The notes under the pieces were generated by a model. The model searched no databases, was not told the origin of the DNA, and worked only from the letters and a program-made list of their open reading frames with translations. Below, one piece after another: positions 10,276 to 19,694 of a stretch of 64,000 nucleotides of DNA. The stretch's first letter is position 1; every line of letters begins with the position of its first letter. The DNA comes from Erythrobacter sp. ANT-B3C2 (GTDB taxonomy: Bacteria > Pseudomonadota > Alphaproteobacteria > Sphingomonadales > Sphingomonadaceae). Position numbers and translations under genes: made by a program. Where the stretch lies: positions 13,790-77,789 of the forward strand of contig LXQI01000011.1 of the NCBI GenBank assembly GCA_001683845.1, written 5' to 3'.

Positions 10276-11054
10276 CAGGCGGGCTCGGCCGAGGCGATGG
10301 CGTTGGCGGCGGATTGGCGCTGCGCCTCACTCGGGTAGAGCGCGAAGCAGGTGGCGCCCGAACCGCTCATCCGAACAAGACTGGCGTCAGTATCCTGCAG
10401 GCAGGCGAGCACCTCGGCGATCACCGGGCACAAGGCGATGGCGGGAGGTTGCAGATCGTTGCGTCCGGTTTGCGAGATGGCCGAAGCGGGGCCGGTGGGC
10501 AGTGGGCCGCGATCCTTACCGTCCCAGGCGGCGAAGACCGGGCCGGTGGCGAGCGGCACGCGCGGGTTCACCAGCAGAACGGGGATGCCGGCCATGTCGT
10601 CATCGACGGGCTCGATGACGGTTCCGGTGCCGCGGCCGATGGCGGTGCGGCTCTCGATGCAGGCGGGGACATCGGCGCCGAGCACGGCTGCGCGGCGCTC
10701 CCAATCAGCCGACATCGGCTGGGTTTCGCGCAGGATGCGGAACATGGCGCCGGCATCGGCCGAGCCGCCGCCGAGGCCGGCGGCGACCGGCAGGTTCTTC
10801 TCCAGCGTGACGGCAAGCCCGGTGGAGCGCGGCACGGTGGAGAGCGCGCGGGCGACCAGATTGGCGAACGGATCAGCCAGTTGGCCAGCGAACTCGCCAG
10901 TGATCGTCAGTTCGTCGCGCTCGGCAGGACGGGCGGTGATCTCGTCCCCCGCATCGACGAAGGCGAACAGCGTTTCGATCTCGTGATAGCCATCCCGGCG
11001 GCGGTGGCGGACGTGCAGCGCCAGGTTGATCTTGGCGAAGGCGGTGTCGCGCAT
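10248..11054 (-). CDS. ispE: 4-(cytidine 5'-diphospho)-2-C-methyl-D-erythritol kinase
   Basis: N-terminus AKINLALHV and GHMP kinase motif PVAAGLGGGSADAGA. The track start at 11057 is a TTG; the ATG lies one codon in, at 11054. Confidence 0.9.
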   Translation of the reverse strand: MRDTAFAKINLALHVRHRRRDGYHEIETLFAFVDAGDEITARPAERDELTITGEFAGQLADPFANLVARALSTVPRSTGLAVTLEKNLPVAAGLGGGSADAGAMFRILRETQPMSADWERRAAVLGADVPACIESRTAIGRGTGTVIEPVDDDMAGIPVLLVNPRVPLATGPVFAAWDGKDRGPLPTGPASAISQTGRNDLQPPAIALCPVIAEVLACLQDTDASLVRMSGSGATCFALYPSEAQRQSAANAIASAEPAWWQMQGKLR

Positions 11055-11196
11055 CAATCGGCTCGGGCGATGGCGGTGTGCGGGCGGGCGGCTTTGGGGC
11101 TCGACTTGAGTCTGGGCGGCTGCCCGCGTGTATCATTGGGGACGGCCATGGCGGGCGGCTTGATCGCTGGCGGTGGGCAGGTCAAGAGACGAGGCG

Positions 11197-11982
11197 ATGG
11201 AACGGCCCGCTGCCCTCTCGCCCGATATGGGCCTCGACCGGAGCATCGCCGCTGTGCTCGACTGGTGGCGAGAGGCGGGGGTGGACTGCGCCTATTCCGA
11301 TGCGCCGCAGCGGTGGCTGGCGGAGCCCGGGGAGCCGCCTGCCGTGGCTTCGCCCGCGACGGGAGGCGCTGCCCCGGATCGCGCTGCCTACCCCGGAAAG
11401 CCCGCGGTTCCCCAATCCGCGCGGATCGGTGGCGAGCCGGTGGGCTGGCCGGGCGACCTGCCCGCCTTTCGCCGCTGGTGGTGCGAGGAGCCGGGCCTTG
11501 CTCCTGCCGGCGCGTTGCGCGTACCGCCGCGTGGGGAGCCCGGAGCGGCGCTGCTGGTGCTGGTGGCGATGCCTGAGGCCGAGGATCGCGATGCGCTGCT
11601 CTGCGGACCGGAGGGGCGCTTCGTCAGCGGCATGGCGCGGGCGATGGGCGTGCCGGCCGAGCGACTCTACCTCGCTAGCGCCCTGCCCGCTCACATCGCT
11701 CTGCCTGATTGGCCGGCGCTGGCCCGCGATGGCCTGGGCGAGGTGCTGCTCCACCAGATTGCGCTGGCGGCGCCCGAGCGCGTGCTGGCGATGGGCAACG
11801 ACATCCTGCCGCTGCTGGGGCACGACCCGGCGCACGGCGCTCCCGCCGTTAACCGGATCGCTATTCAAGGCCGGCCAGTGCCGCTGCTCGGCTCGATCTC
11901 GCCCCGGCACCTGCTGGGGAGTTCGCGATTACGGGCAAAGCTGTGGCGGCAATGGCTCGACTGGACACACGAGGGACGATGA
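11197..11982 (+). CDS. uracil-DNA glycosylase superfamily-like protein with degenerate catalytic motifs
   Basis: ATG at 11197 follows GAGG. The N-terminus VLDWWREAGVD and the overall layout resemble alphaproteobacterial family-4 UDG-like proteins. However, the GEAPG..ED and HPAYLLR motifs are replaced by AMPEAEDRD and SPRHLLG. Its stop overlaps the next ATG (ATGA). Confidence 0.55.
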   Translation: MERPAALSPDMGLDRSIAAVLDWWREAGVDCAYSDAPQRWLAEPGEPPAVASPATGGAAPDRAAYPGKPAVPQSARIGGEPVGWPGDLPAFRRWWCEEPGLAPAGALRVPPRGEPGAALLVLVAMPEAEDRDALLCGPEGRFVSGMARAMGVPAERLYLASALPAHIALPDWPALARDGLGEVLLHQIALAAPERVLAMGNDILPLLGHDPAHGAPAVNRIAIQGRPVPLLGSISPRHLLGSSRLRAKLWRQWLDWTHEGR

Positions 11983-13733
11983 AAACCTGGCTTTCCGCGC
12001 TGGCCCTGGCCGGCGCCGCGCTCTCGCCCACGCCGGCGCTGGCGCAGACGACCTACGATTACTTCACCGCGCATGCGGCCGGCCGGGCCGCGCCGGATCA
12101 GCTGAGTGGGCCGGATCGCGCCTATTACGGCGCGGTGTTCGGCGCGATCGAGCGGCAGGACTGGGCCGGGGCTGAGGCGCTGCTCGCACAGCGTGGGGAT
12201 GGCCTGCTGCACCCGATGGCACGGGCCGAGCTGTATGTGGCCGCGGGTTCGCCGCGGGTGGAGCTGCCGCAGATCGAGGCGTGGCTGGGGCGCGGACGCA
12301 CGCTGCCGCAGGCGCCGCTACTCGCGCGGCTGGCGGTGACTCGCGGAGCGACGCGCCTTGCGGACCTGCCGGCCGAACGCACCTTCCGACCCGCCGGCGG
12401 CATTCCCAAGCGTGTGCGCCCGGCGGAGGTGCAGGACGGCACCATGCCGGCCGAGATCCGCACCGCCATCCTCGAGCGGATTTCCGCCGACGACCCCGAT
12501 GGGGCGCGTTTGCTGCTCGATGGGATCGATTTCTCGCTCAGCTCCGAAGCACGGGCCGAGTGGCGCCAGCGCGTTGCATGGAGCTATTACATCGAGAACA
12601 TGGACGCGGCCGCGCTCGGCCTCGCCCGCACGGTGGCGGCCGGCAGCGGGGCGTGGGTGGCGGAAGGCGAGTGGGTCGCCGGGCTGGCCGCGTGGCGGCT
12701 GGGAGATTGCGCCGAGGCGGGCGGTTCGTTCGAGCGCGCGGCCTACAATGCGGTCAATTCAGAGCTACGGACGGCGGCGCTCTACTGGGCTTCGCGCGCG
12801 GCGCTGCGGTGCCGGCAGCCCGAGCGGAGCACCGAGTTGCTGCGCTCTGCCGCGGGGGCGGACGAGACGCTCTACGGAATGCTCGCCGCCGAGCGGCTGG
12901 GCATTGCGCTGCCAGCCACCGTGTCTTCCGCCGAGTTCACGGCGGACGATTGGCGAAAGGTGGGCGGGCTTGAGAATGTGCGGGTGGCCGCAGGCCTGAT
13001 GGAGATCGGCCGTGATCGGCTTGCCAGTGCGGTGCTGCTGCACCAGGCGCGGATCGGCGAGCCGGACGATTATGCCGCGCTCTCCCGGCTGGCGCGCGAC
13101 TTGGGCATGCCGCAGACGCAGATCTACATGGCCTACAACAGCCCGCCGGGCGGGCGGAGCGACCCGGCGGCGCATTATCCCGCGCCCAAATGGGTGCCGA
13201 CCACCGGCTGGCGGGTCGATCCGGCGCTGGCCTATGCGCTCACGCTGCAGGAATCGAACTTCCGCGCCAGTGCGGTGAGCCAGGCGCAGGCGCAGGGGCT
13301 GATGCAGATCACCCCGATCACCGTGCGGCAGCACGCGCCACGGCTGGGGCTGAGCGCGAGCACGGTCGACATCTTCGACCCGGCGGTGAACCTCGCCTTC
13401 GGGCAGCGAAACCTGGAAATGCTGCGCGACCATCCGGCCACGCGCGGTGCGCTGCCCAAGATCATGGCCGCCTACAATGCCGGGCTGACCCCCATTACCC
13501 GCTGGAACGACGAGATTCGCTACCAGGGCGATCCGCTGCTCTATATGGAATCGATCCCCTATTGGGAGACCCGCGGCTATGTCGCGATCGTGATGCGCAA
13601 TTACTGGATGTACGAGCGGCAAGCGCGGGCGGGCTCCGCCAGTCGGGTGACGCTGGCGCAGAACGGGTGGCCGGGCTTCCCCGAGGCGGCGCCCAGCAGT
13701 GGGCGGGTGTACCTTTCAGCCGGGGACGATTGA
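11979..13733 (+). CDS. soluble lytic murein transglycosylase (Slt family)
   Basis: Signal peptide MKTWLSALALAGAALSPTPALAQ, a long helical N-domain, and an SLT catalytic motif LTLQESNFRASAVSQAQAQGLMQI ... AYNAG. Confidence 0.9.
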   Translation: MKTWLSALALAGAALSPTPALAQTTYDYFTAHAAGRAAPDQLSGPDRAYYGAVFGAIERQDWAGAEALLAQRGDGLLHPMARAELYVAAGSPRVELPQIEAWLGRGRTLPQAPLLARLAVTRGATRLADLPAERTFRPAGGIPKRVRPAEVQDGTMPAEIRTAILERISADDPDGARLLLDGIDFSLSSEARAEWRQRVAWSYYIENMDAAALGLARTVAAGSGAWVAEGEWVAGLAAWRLGDCAEAGGSFERAAYNAVNSELRTAALYWASRAALRCRQPERSTELLRSAAGADETLYGMLAAERLGIALPATVSSAEFTADDWRKVGGLENVRVAAGLMEIGRDRLASAVLLHQARIGEPDDYAALSRLARDLGMPQTQIYMAYNSPPGGRSDPAAHYPAPKWVPTTGWRVDPALAYALTLQESNFRASAVSQAQAQGLMQITPITVRQHAPRLGLSASTVDIFDPAVNLAFGQRNLEMLRDHPATRGALPKIMAAYNAGLTPITRWNDEIRYQGDPLLYMESIPYWETRGYVAIVMRNYWMYERQARAGSASRVTLAQNGWPGFPEAAPSSGRVYLSAGDD

Positions 13734-14260
13734 TGGCGATTGACGAGGACCGCTCGTTCAAGCCGATCAACATGGCACTCCTTACCATTTCCGACACTCG
13801 CACGGCGGAGGACGATAGCTCCGGCGACATCCTCGCGGGGCGCATCGAGGGCGCGGGCCATCGGCTGGTTGCGCGCAAGATCGCGCGCGACGATGCCGAG
13901 GCGATCGTTCGCTTGCTGGAGCAATGGATCGACGATCCTGCGGTGGATGCGGTGGTCACTACCGGCGGTACGGGGCTGACCGGCCGCGATGTGACACCCG
14001 AGGCGCTGGAGCGGGTGAAGGAAAAGGACATCCCAGGCTTCGGTGAGCTGTTCCGCTGGCTGAGCCATGGCACGATCGGCACCAGCACCGTGCAATCGCG
14101 CGCTTGCGCGGTGGTGGCGCGGGGCACCTATATTTTTGCACTGCCCGGATCGAACGGCGCGGTGAAAGACGGGTGGGATGGGATCCTCGCTGAGCAGCTC
14201 GACAGCCGCAACCGGCCCTGCAATTTCGTCGAGCTTATGCCGCGCCTGCGGGAGCGGTAG
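13733..14260 (+). CDS. moaB: molybdenum cofactor biosynthesis protein B
   Basis: 175 aa with MoaB/MogA-fold motifs: LTISDTR, TTGGTGLTGRDVTPEA and LPGSNGAV. Its ATG overlaps the slt stop (TGATG). The upstream part of track ORF 13190..14260 is out of frame inside slt. Confidence 0.88.
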   Translation: MAIDEDRSFKPINMALLTISDTRTAEDDSSGDILAGRIEGAGHRLVARKIARDDAEAIVRLLEQWIDDPAVDAVVTTGGTGLTGRDVTPEALERVKEKDIPGFGELFRWLSHGTIGTSTVQSRACAVVARGTYIFALPGSNGAVKDGWDGILAEQLDSRNRPCNFVELMPRLRER

Positions 14261-14448
14261 GACGCGCTCTGGTAACAACAATCTGATTGGTTCGGAGCTG
14301 ACTCTTTGCGAGCGCTGAAGGCTGCGTGCCGAACTACTTCCGCAAGCGGGCTGTTCGATCAGTTCACGAGGGAGCAACGGCTGTCGCTCCGGCCCCAGCA
14401 CTCTCGCCCGGCACTTGCCTGCGGAGATCGTTCGCTGTATGTTCCTTC

Positions 14449-15534
14449 ATGGAACGGCGTGAAGAACCCGCTTTGCGTGGCCGGGGCGCGCAATCGGGTG
14501 CGGCCTCCGCCCGCTTTGCCCTGCCCCCGCGAGAGGTCGATGGCGATTGGCGCGATCACATCGAGCGGCTCGACGGGCCGCCGGTAAAGCTGCGGACCTC
14601 GGTGACGCAGGAGCATCCCAAGTCGATCCTGAGCTTCAACAGTTCGCCCGATATCGGCTTTGACCGTTCGATCAACGCCTATCGCGGGTGCGAGCATGGC
14701 TGCATCTATTGCTTCGCACGGCCCACCCACGCGTTTCACGATCTCTCGCCCGGGCTCGATTTCGAGACCAAGCTTTTTGCCAAGCCGAATGCCGCCGCGC
14801 TGCTGCGCACCACCTTCGCGCGGCCGAACTACCGTCCGCGCCCGATCGCGATGGGCACCAATACCGATCCCTACCAGCCGATCGAGGCGAGCCACCGGAT
14901 CACCCGCCAGCTGCTCGAAGTGTGCCTGGAGGCGCGCCACCCCGTCACCATCACCACCAAGTCCGATCGGGTGCTGCGCGATCTTGACCTGCTGGTGGAG
15001 ATGGCGCGGCAGCGGTTGGTGGCCGTGTGCGTGTCGGTCACCTCGCTCGATGCCCGGCTTTCCGCGTTGCTGGAGCCGCGCGCGCCCACGCCGGCCCGGC
15101 GGCTGAAGGCGCTGGGAACGCTGGTGGAAGCAGGCGTGCCGGTCCATTGTTCGGTCTCTCCGATCATCCCCGCGATCACCGACGAATATATAGAAGATAT
15201 CATCGAAACGGTTGGGGTGCTCGGCGTGCGTTCGGCCGGTTGGATCCCGCTGCGGCTGCCGCATGAGGTGGCGCCGCTGTTTCGCGAATGGCTGAGCGTC
15301 CACTTTCCCGATCGTGGGGAGAAAGTGATGGGCATCGTGCGGTCGATGCGCGGAGGGCGGGACAACGATCCCGGCTTCTTCACGCGCATGCAGCCGAGCG
15401 GCGTGTGGGCCGACCTGCTGCGCGACCGTTTCCGCCTCGCGTGCAAACGCGCGGGAATCGGGAAGCTGCGGTTCGAGTTGGATACCAGTGCATTTCGCCC
15501 GCCCGAAACCGGAGCGCAGCTGCGGCTGCTGTAG
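14449..15534 (+). CDS. PA0069-family radical SAM protein
   Basis: CxxxCxxC motif in RGCEHGCIYCFARPTH; 361 aa from the ATG at 14449. Confidence 0.85.
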   Translation: MERREEPALRGRGAQSGAASARFALPPREVDGDWRDHIERLDGPPVKLRTSVTQEHPKSILSFNSSPDIGFDRSINAYRGCEHGCIYCFARPTHAFHDLSPGLDFETKLFAKPNAAALLRTTFARPNYRPRPIAMGTNTDPYQPIEASHRITRQLLEVCLEARHPVTITTKSDRVLRDLDLLVEMARQRLVAVCVSVTSLDARLSALLEPRAPTPARRLKALGTLVEAGVPVHCSVSPIIPAITDEYIEDIIETVGVLGVRSAGWIPLRLPHEVAPLFREWLSVHFPDRGEKVMGIVRSMRGGRDNDPGFFTRMQPSGVWADLLRDRFRLACKRAGIGKLRFELDTSAFRPPETGAQLRLL

Positions 15535-15697
15535 CCCGGAAGCCACAGCTCGCGAGCCGGTCTGCAACGAGTTTGCAACATATCGGAACCATGGAGGAGC
15601 GATCGCGCCCTGCAACGACTGGGCGTGACAAAGGGTTCAGATGCAGGGAACGCCCGGCGACGGGTTCGCCGGCCGCCGCACAGAGGGAATTTGAGGC

Positions 15698-16843
15698 ATG
15701 CACAGGACGATCATTGCGCTTGCGGCCGCCGGCACGGTATTCGCCAGCCCGGCGCTGGCGCGCGACGGCCAGAGCTATATCGGTATCGATGGCGGCGCCT
15801 TTTTCCCGGGGGCGTTCGGTTACGTGCTGGAGCCGCCCGCAGGCGATGGCCGGGAGATCTTCATCGAGGCTGACAATGGCTGGGAAGCCGCGCTGGTCGG
15901 AGGGCATGATTTCGGCGCAATCCGGATCGAAGTCGAGGCTGCTTACAAGGTCTCCCAACAGATTGAAACGGTGGTGGCACCGGTCGAGTTTCTACCCGGC
16001 GCCGGCACGGATGTGGGCTACCGCACCTACACGCCCGCCGGCGGCGACCTTGACGTGCTGAGCGGAATGGTCAACGCGCTGCTCGATTTCGGCGGTAATA
16101 CCGGCCTGGGTGTGTTCGCCGGCGTGGGCGTGGGCGTGGCGCGGGTGAGGGCGGAGATCGCCACCAATAATTCGGCGGAGCGCTTCATCGACGATAGCGA
16201 CACTGGTCTGGCCTACCAGGGCATTGCGGGCCTGCGCTTTCCGATCGGCCGGACGGCGGATCTCGGGCTCAAGTACCGCTATTTCAACGCACCCGACCTG
16301 AACTACGTGGACAATCGCGGGCGCGAACTTACGAGCGCGTTCGACAGCCATTCGGTGCTCGCCTCGCTGGTGTTCAACCTCGGCGGCGCGCCGGCGGCGA
16401 TGGCACCGGCGCCGCTGCCGCCAGTGCCGCGCCCGGCACCCCAACCGGCCCCCGCCCCGATGGCGGCCCCTCCCCCACCGCCGGTCGTGCAGTGCAACAG
16501 CGGACCTTACATCGTGTTCTTCGAGTGGGACGAAGCGAACATCACGCCCGAGGCTGCGAGCATCCTCAACAGCGCGGCCACGACCTACCAGAATTGCAAC
16601 AACGTGCCGATCATGCTGGCCGGCTACACCGACCGTTCGGGCACCGTGCAGTACAACCTTGGACTGGCCGCCCGTCGCAACGAGAGCGTGCGCAACTACC
16701 TGACCAGCCGTGGCATCCCCGCGGCGCGGATCAGCAGCGATGCGTTTGGCGAAGCCAACCCGCGCGTGCCGACCGCCGACGGCGTGCGCGAACTGCAGAA
16801 CCGCCGGGTGGAGATCACCTACGGACCGGGTTCGGGCATGTAA
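15698..16843 (+). CDS. OmpA-family outer membrane protein (beta-barrel N-domain, Pro-rich linker, OmpA_C peptidoglycan-binding domain)
   Basis: Signal peptide ending ALARD, alternating beta-strand N-domain, linker APAPLPPVPRPAPQPAPAPMAAPPPPP, and a C-terminal GYTDRSGTVQYNLGLAARRNESV...NRRVEI. Confidence 0.9.
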   Translation: MHRTIIALAAAGTVFASPALARDGQSYIGIDGGAFFPGAFGYVLEPPAGDGREIFIEADNGWEAALVGGHDFGAIRIEVEAAYKVSQQIETVVAPVEFLPGAGTDVGYRTYTPAGGDLDVLSGMVNALLDFGGNTGLGVFAGVGVGVARVRAEIATNNSAERFIDDSDTGLAYQGIAGLRFPIGRTADLGLKYRYFNAPDLNYVDNRGRELTSAFDSHSVLASLVFNLGGAPAAMAPAPLPPVPRPAPQPAPAPMAAPPPPPVVQCNSGPYIVFFEWDEANITPEAASILNSAATTYQNCNNVPIMLAGYTDRSGTVQYNLGLAARRNESVRNYLTSRGIPAARISSDAFGEANPRVPTADGVRELQNRRVEITYGPGSGM

Positions 16844-16872
16844 CCCTCGCCATCAGGCAATCAGAAACAGTG

Positions 16873-16900
16873 CCGGGGGAGCGATCCTCCGGCCCCTTTG
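16873..16900 (+). terminator. candidate intrinsic terminator after the ompA-like gene
   Basis: Hairpin ccggggga-gcga-tcctccgg (8 bp including one G.U pair) followed by cccctttg. The U-tract is weak. Confidence 0.35.
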
Positions 16901-16925
16901 TGGCCGCTGGTGCGGCGCGCTCGAA

Positions 16926-16988
16926 GCGCATCGGAAAATCCCGATCGGACTTGTCTGCGGGTATTCGCATCGGCTAATTACGATGCGA
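16926..16988 (+). promoter_or_regulatory. candidate ArsR operator pair
   Basis: A perfect 8-bp inverted repeat TCGCATCG-N8-CGATGCGA (16965-16988) ends on the A of the arsR ATG. A second CGCATCGG copy lies 40 nt upstream, inside ATCGG-N6-CCGAT (16930-16945). Confidence 0.35.
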
Positions 16989-17317
16989 TGCTGGAAGACG
17001 AAGCCCTCGGTGCGCTGGCTGCGCTGGCCCATCCCACGCGGCTGGCCACCTTTCGCCTGCTGGTTCGGCACGAGCCGGACGGGCTGGCGACGGGGGCGCT
17101 GGTCGCCGCAACCGGACTGTCGCAGAGCACCTTCTCGACCCACCTCGCCGTGCTGCAGAGGGCCGGGCTCGTACGATCGGAGAAGCGCGGGCGGCATTTC
17201 ATCCAGCGTGCGCGGATCGATGCGCTGGGCGTGCTGATGCTCTTTCTCGCCCGCGATTGCTGCGAGGGCCGCGCCGATCTGTGCGAGCCGCTGCTCGCCG
17301 AACTTGCCCGATGCTGA
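16988..17317 (+). CDS. arsR: ArsR/SmtB-family metalloregulator
   Basis: Winged-HTH ALAHPTRLATFRLL...TGLSQSTFSTHLAVLQRAGLV. It has a C-terminal cysteine triad DCCEGRADLC and lacks the ELCVCDL site, which resembles the AfArsR-type As(III) site. It is the first gene of arsR-arsC-acr3. Confidence 0.85.
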   Translation: MLEDEALGALAALAHPTRLATFRLLVRHEPDGLATGALVAATGLSQSTFSTHLAVLQRAGLVRSEKRGRHFIQRARIDALGVLMLFLARDCCEGRADLCEPLLAELARC

Positions 17318-17330
17318 CAGGAGACCGGCT

Positions 17331-17789
17331 GTGCCCCTCGACCGACCCTTCGATATCGTGAAGTACCACAATCCCGAATGCGGCACCTCGCGCAATGCGC
17401 TGGCGATGATCCGCCATGCCGGGTTCGAGCCGCATGTGGTGGAATATCTGAAAACACCGCCCTCCCGCGCCATGCTCGAGAGCCTGGTCGCGCGGGCCGG
17501 CATCGCTCCTCGCGCGCTGCTGCGCGAGAAGGGCACGCCCTTTGCTGAGTTGGGCCTCGACGATCCTGCCCTAAGCGACGACGCGCTGATCGATGCAATG
17601 GTGGAGCACCCGATCCTTATGAACCGGCCGCTGGTGGTCTCGCCGCTGGGCGTGAAGCTGTGCCGGCCTTCGGAGGAGGTGCTCGGCCTGCTGCCCGAGG
17701 GCCAGCTCGGCGCCTTCGCCAAAGAAGACGGCGAGCGGGTGATCGATGCCGAGGGGCGGCGGGTGGAGCCGGGCGCGGCGCACCCATGA
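17331..17789 (+). CDS. arsC: arsenate reductase (glutaredoxin-coupled ArsC family)
   Basis: Catalytic motif [16 protein letters not shown] at 17331 lies 6 nt after AGGAGA; the track start at 17304 is a TTG. The stop overlaps the acr3 ATG (ATGA). Confidence 0.88.
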   Translation: MPLDRPFDIVKYHNPECGTSRNALAMIRHAGFEPHVVEYLKTPPSRAMLESLVARAGIAPRALLREKGTPFAELGLDDPALSDDALIDAMVEHPILMNRPLVVSPLGVKLCRPSEEVLGLLPEGQLGAFAKEDGERVIDAEGRRVEPGAAHP

Positions 17790-18856
17790 AGGGCGGTGTC
17801 GCGGCGCCGGCTGTTGCGTCATCCCCGCTGGGGCTGTTCGAGCGGCTGTTGTCCGTCTGGGTGGCTCTGGCGATTGTCTTTGGAATCGCGCTGGGGCTGG
17901 TTGCGCCGGGGCTGGTGGCGGCCGTGGCGGGGCTGGAATATGCCTCGGTTAATCTCGTCGTGGCGGTGCTGATCTGGGCGATGATCTACCCGATGATGGT
18001 CGGCGTCGATTTCGCGAGCGTGCGCGGGATCGGCCGCAAGCCCAAGGGGCTGGTGATCACGCTGGTGGTGAACTGGCTGATCAAGCCCTTCACCATGGCG
18101 GCGCTGGCGGTGTTGTTCTTCGATTACATCTATTCCGGCCTGCTCTCCGAGACCCAAGCCGACCAGTACATTGCCGGGCTGATCCTGCTGGGCGCGGCGC
18201 CGTGCACGGCGATGGTGTTCGTCTGGTCGCAGATGACCAAGGGCGATCCGGCCTACACGCTGGTGCAGGTGGCGGTGAACGACCTTGTGATGATCGTCGC
18301 CTTCGCCCCCATCGTGGCGCTGTTGCTCGGGGTGACCGACATCGAAGTGCCGTGGGAGACGCTGCTACTATCGGTGGGGCTCTACGTGGTGGTGCCGCTG
18401 GTGGCCGGCATGCTGACCCGGCGGCAGGTGATCGCCAGCCACGGCGGGAGCGAGGCGGCGGTGGAAGCTTTCACGGCGCGGCTGAAGCCATGGTCGATCA
18501 TTGGCCTGCTGGCAACGGTGGTGCTGCTGTTCGCGCTGCAGGCGGAGACGATCGTGCGCAGCCCGCTGCTGATCGTTCTGATTGCGATCCCGATCATCAT
18601 CCAATCCTATGGCATTTTCGCTCTCTCCTATGCCGCCGCCTGGGCCTGGAAGGTGCCGCACAATATCGCCGCGCCCTGCGCGATGATCGGTACGTCCAAC
18701 TTCTTCGAACTGGCGGTGGCGGTGGCGATTGGCCTGTTCGGCCTTTCGAGCGGGGCGGCGCTGGCAACGGTTGTCGGCGTGCTGGTGGAGGTGCCGGTGA
18801 TGCTCTCGCTGGTCGCATTCGCCAACCGTACGCGCCGTCACTTTCCGGCGTCGTAG
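17786..18856 (+). CDS. acr3: ACR3-family arsenite efflux transporter
   Basis: 356 aa and about 10 TM segments. ACR3 signatures [16 protein letters not shown] and [12 protein letters not shown]. Confidence 0.9.
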   Translation: MKGGVAAPAVASSPLGLFERLLSVWVALAIVFGIALGLVAPGLVAAVAGLEYASVNLVVAVLIWAMIYPMMVGVDFASVRGIGRKPKGLVITLVVNWLIKPFTMAALAVLFFDYIYSGLLSETQADQYIAGLILLGAAPCTAMVFVWSQMTKGDPAYTLVQVAVNDLVMIVAFAPIVALLLGVTDIEVPWETLLLSVGLYVVVPLVAGMLTRRQVIASHGGSEAAVEAFTARLKPWSIIGLLATVVLLFALQAETIVRSPLLIVLIAIPIIIQSYGIFALSYAAAWAWKVPHNIAAPCAMIGTSNFFELAVAVAIGLFGLSSGAALATVVGVLVEVPVMLSLVAFANRTRRHFPAS

Positions 18857-19047
18857 AGGTGGGTGAGGGTTTCAGCAATACGCCCATATTTACTACAATG
18901 TAGAGCTATATGCCAAGCAGGATTGCTCTGTAGTTGCTGTTTCTTGTTATTTCGTCTAAGCGTGATGACTGGAATCGACGAACAGGGTCGCCCCGGATCC
19001 AGGTTGAACGGCACGCGAGCTTGCGCGCCGACTTTGGCGGGACTCTC

Positions 19048-19488
19048 ATGAACAAGATGCTGTTGGCTGCTACGACGGCCCTTTTGGCGCTGTGTGCGCC
19101 TGCTGCCGCCCAGGATGCCTATCCGATGATCCCGGGCGACTGGGTCGAAATCGGGATAATCTCGATCGAGGACGGCCACGGGCTTGATTATGCCAACCAT
19201 ATCGCCGCCAATTGGCGGCGCGGGCAGGAATTCGCCAAGCAGCAGAACTGGATCAGCGATTACGAGGTGCTGGTGAACACCCACCCGCGCGAGGGTGAGC
19301 CCGATATCTACCTAATTACTCGCTTCAGCGAATTCGAATTACCGGAGGAGGGCGAGGCGCGCGGGCGCCAATATCGCGAGCACATGCAGCGCACGATTGC
19401 CCAGTTGCAGCAGGAATCGGGCGAGCGGTCCGATTATCGCACCGTTCTCGGTGGCATGCTGCTGCGCGAGATGCACTTTCGCGACTGA
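19048..19488 (+). CDS. secreted hypothetical protein
   Basis: 146 aa from the ATG at 19048, with signal peptide MNKMLLAATTALLALCAPAAAQD. I recognised no family. Confidence 0.6.
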   Translation: MNKMLLAATTALLALCAPAAAQDAYPMIPGDWVEIGIISIEDGHGLDYANHIAANWRRGQEFAKQQNWISDYEVLVNTHPREGEPDIYLITRFSEFELPEEGEARGRQYREHMQRTIAQLQQESGERSDYRTVLGGMLLREMHFRD

Positions 19489-19694
19489 ATTGCAGGTGGC
19501 TTGAGATTGAGCGCCAGGGCGCCTTTCGGCGCCCCGCCCTCAGGGATCCTGCGGGCCTTGCAGCTTGCCGGGGGCGGGCCTGACGGCTGCCGACCGGTGT
19601 CAATGCGGAAAGAAAGCCACTTTGAGCAGATTTCGACCGCTACGGGGCGGTGAAGGACATTAGGGGCAGGCGCTTCGGAGAAAAAGCGCGCACG

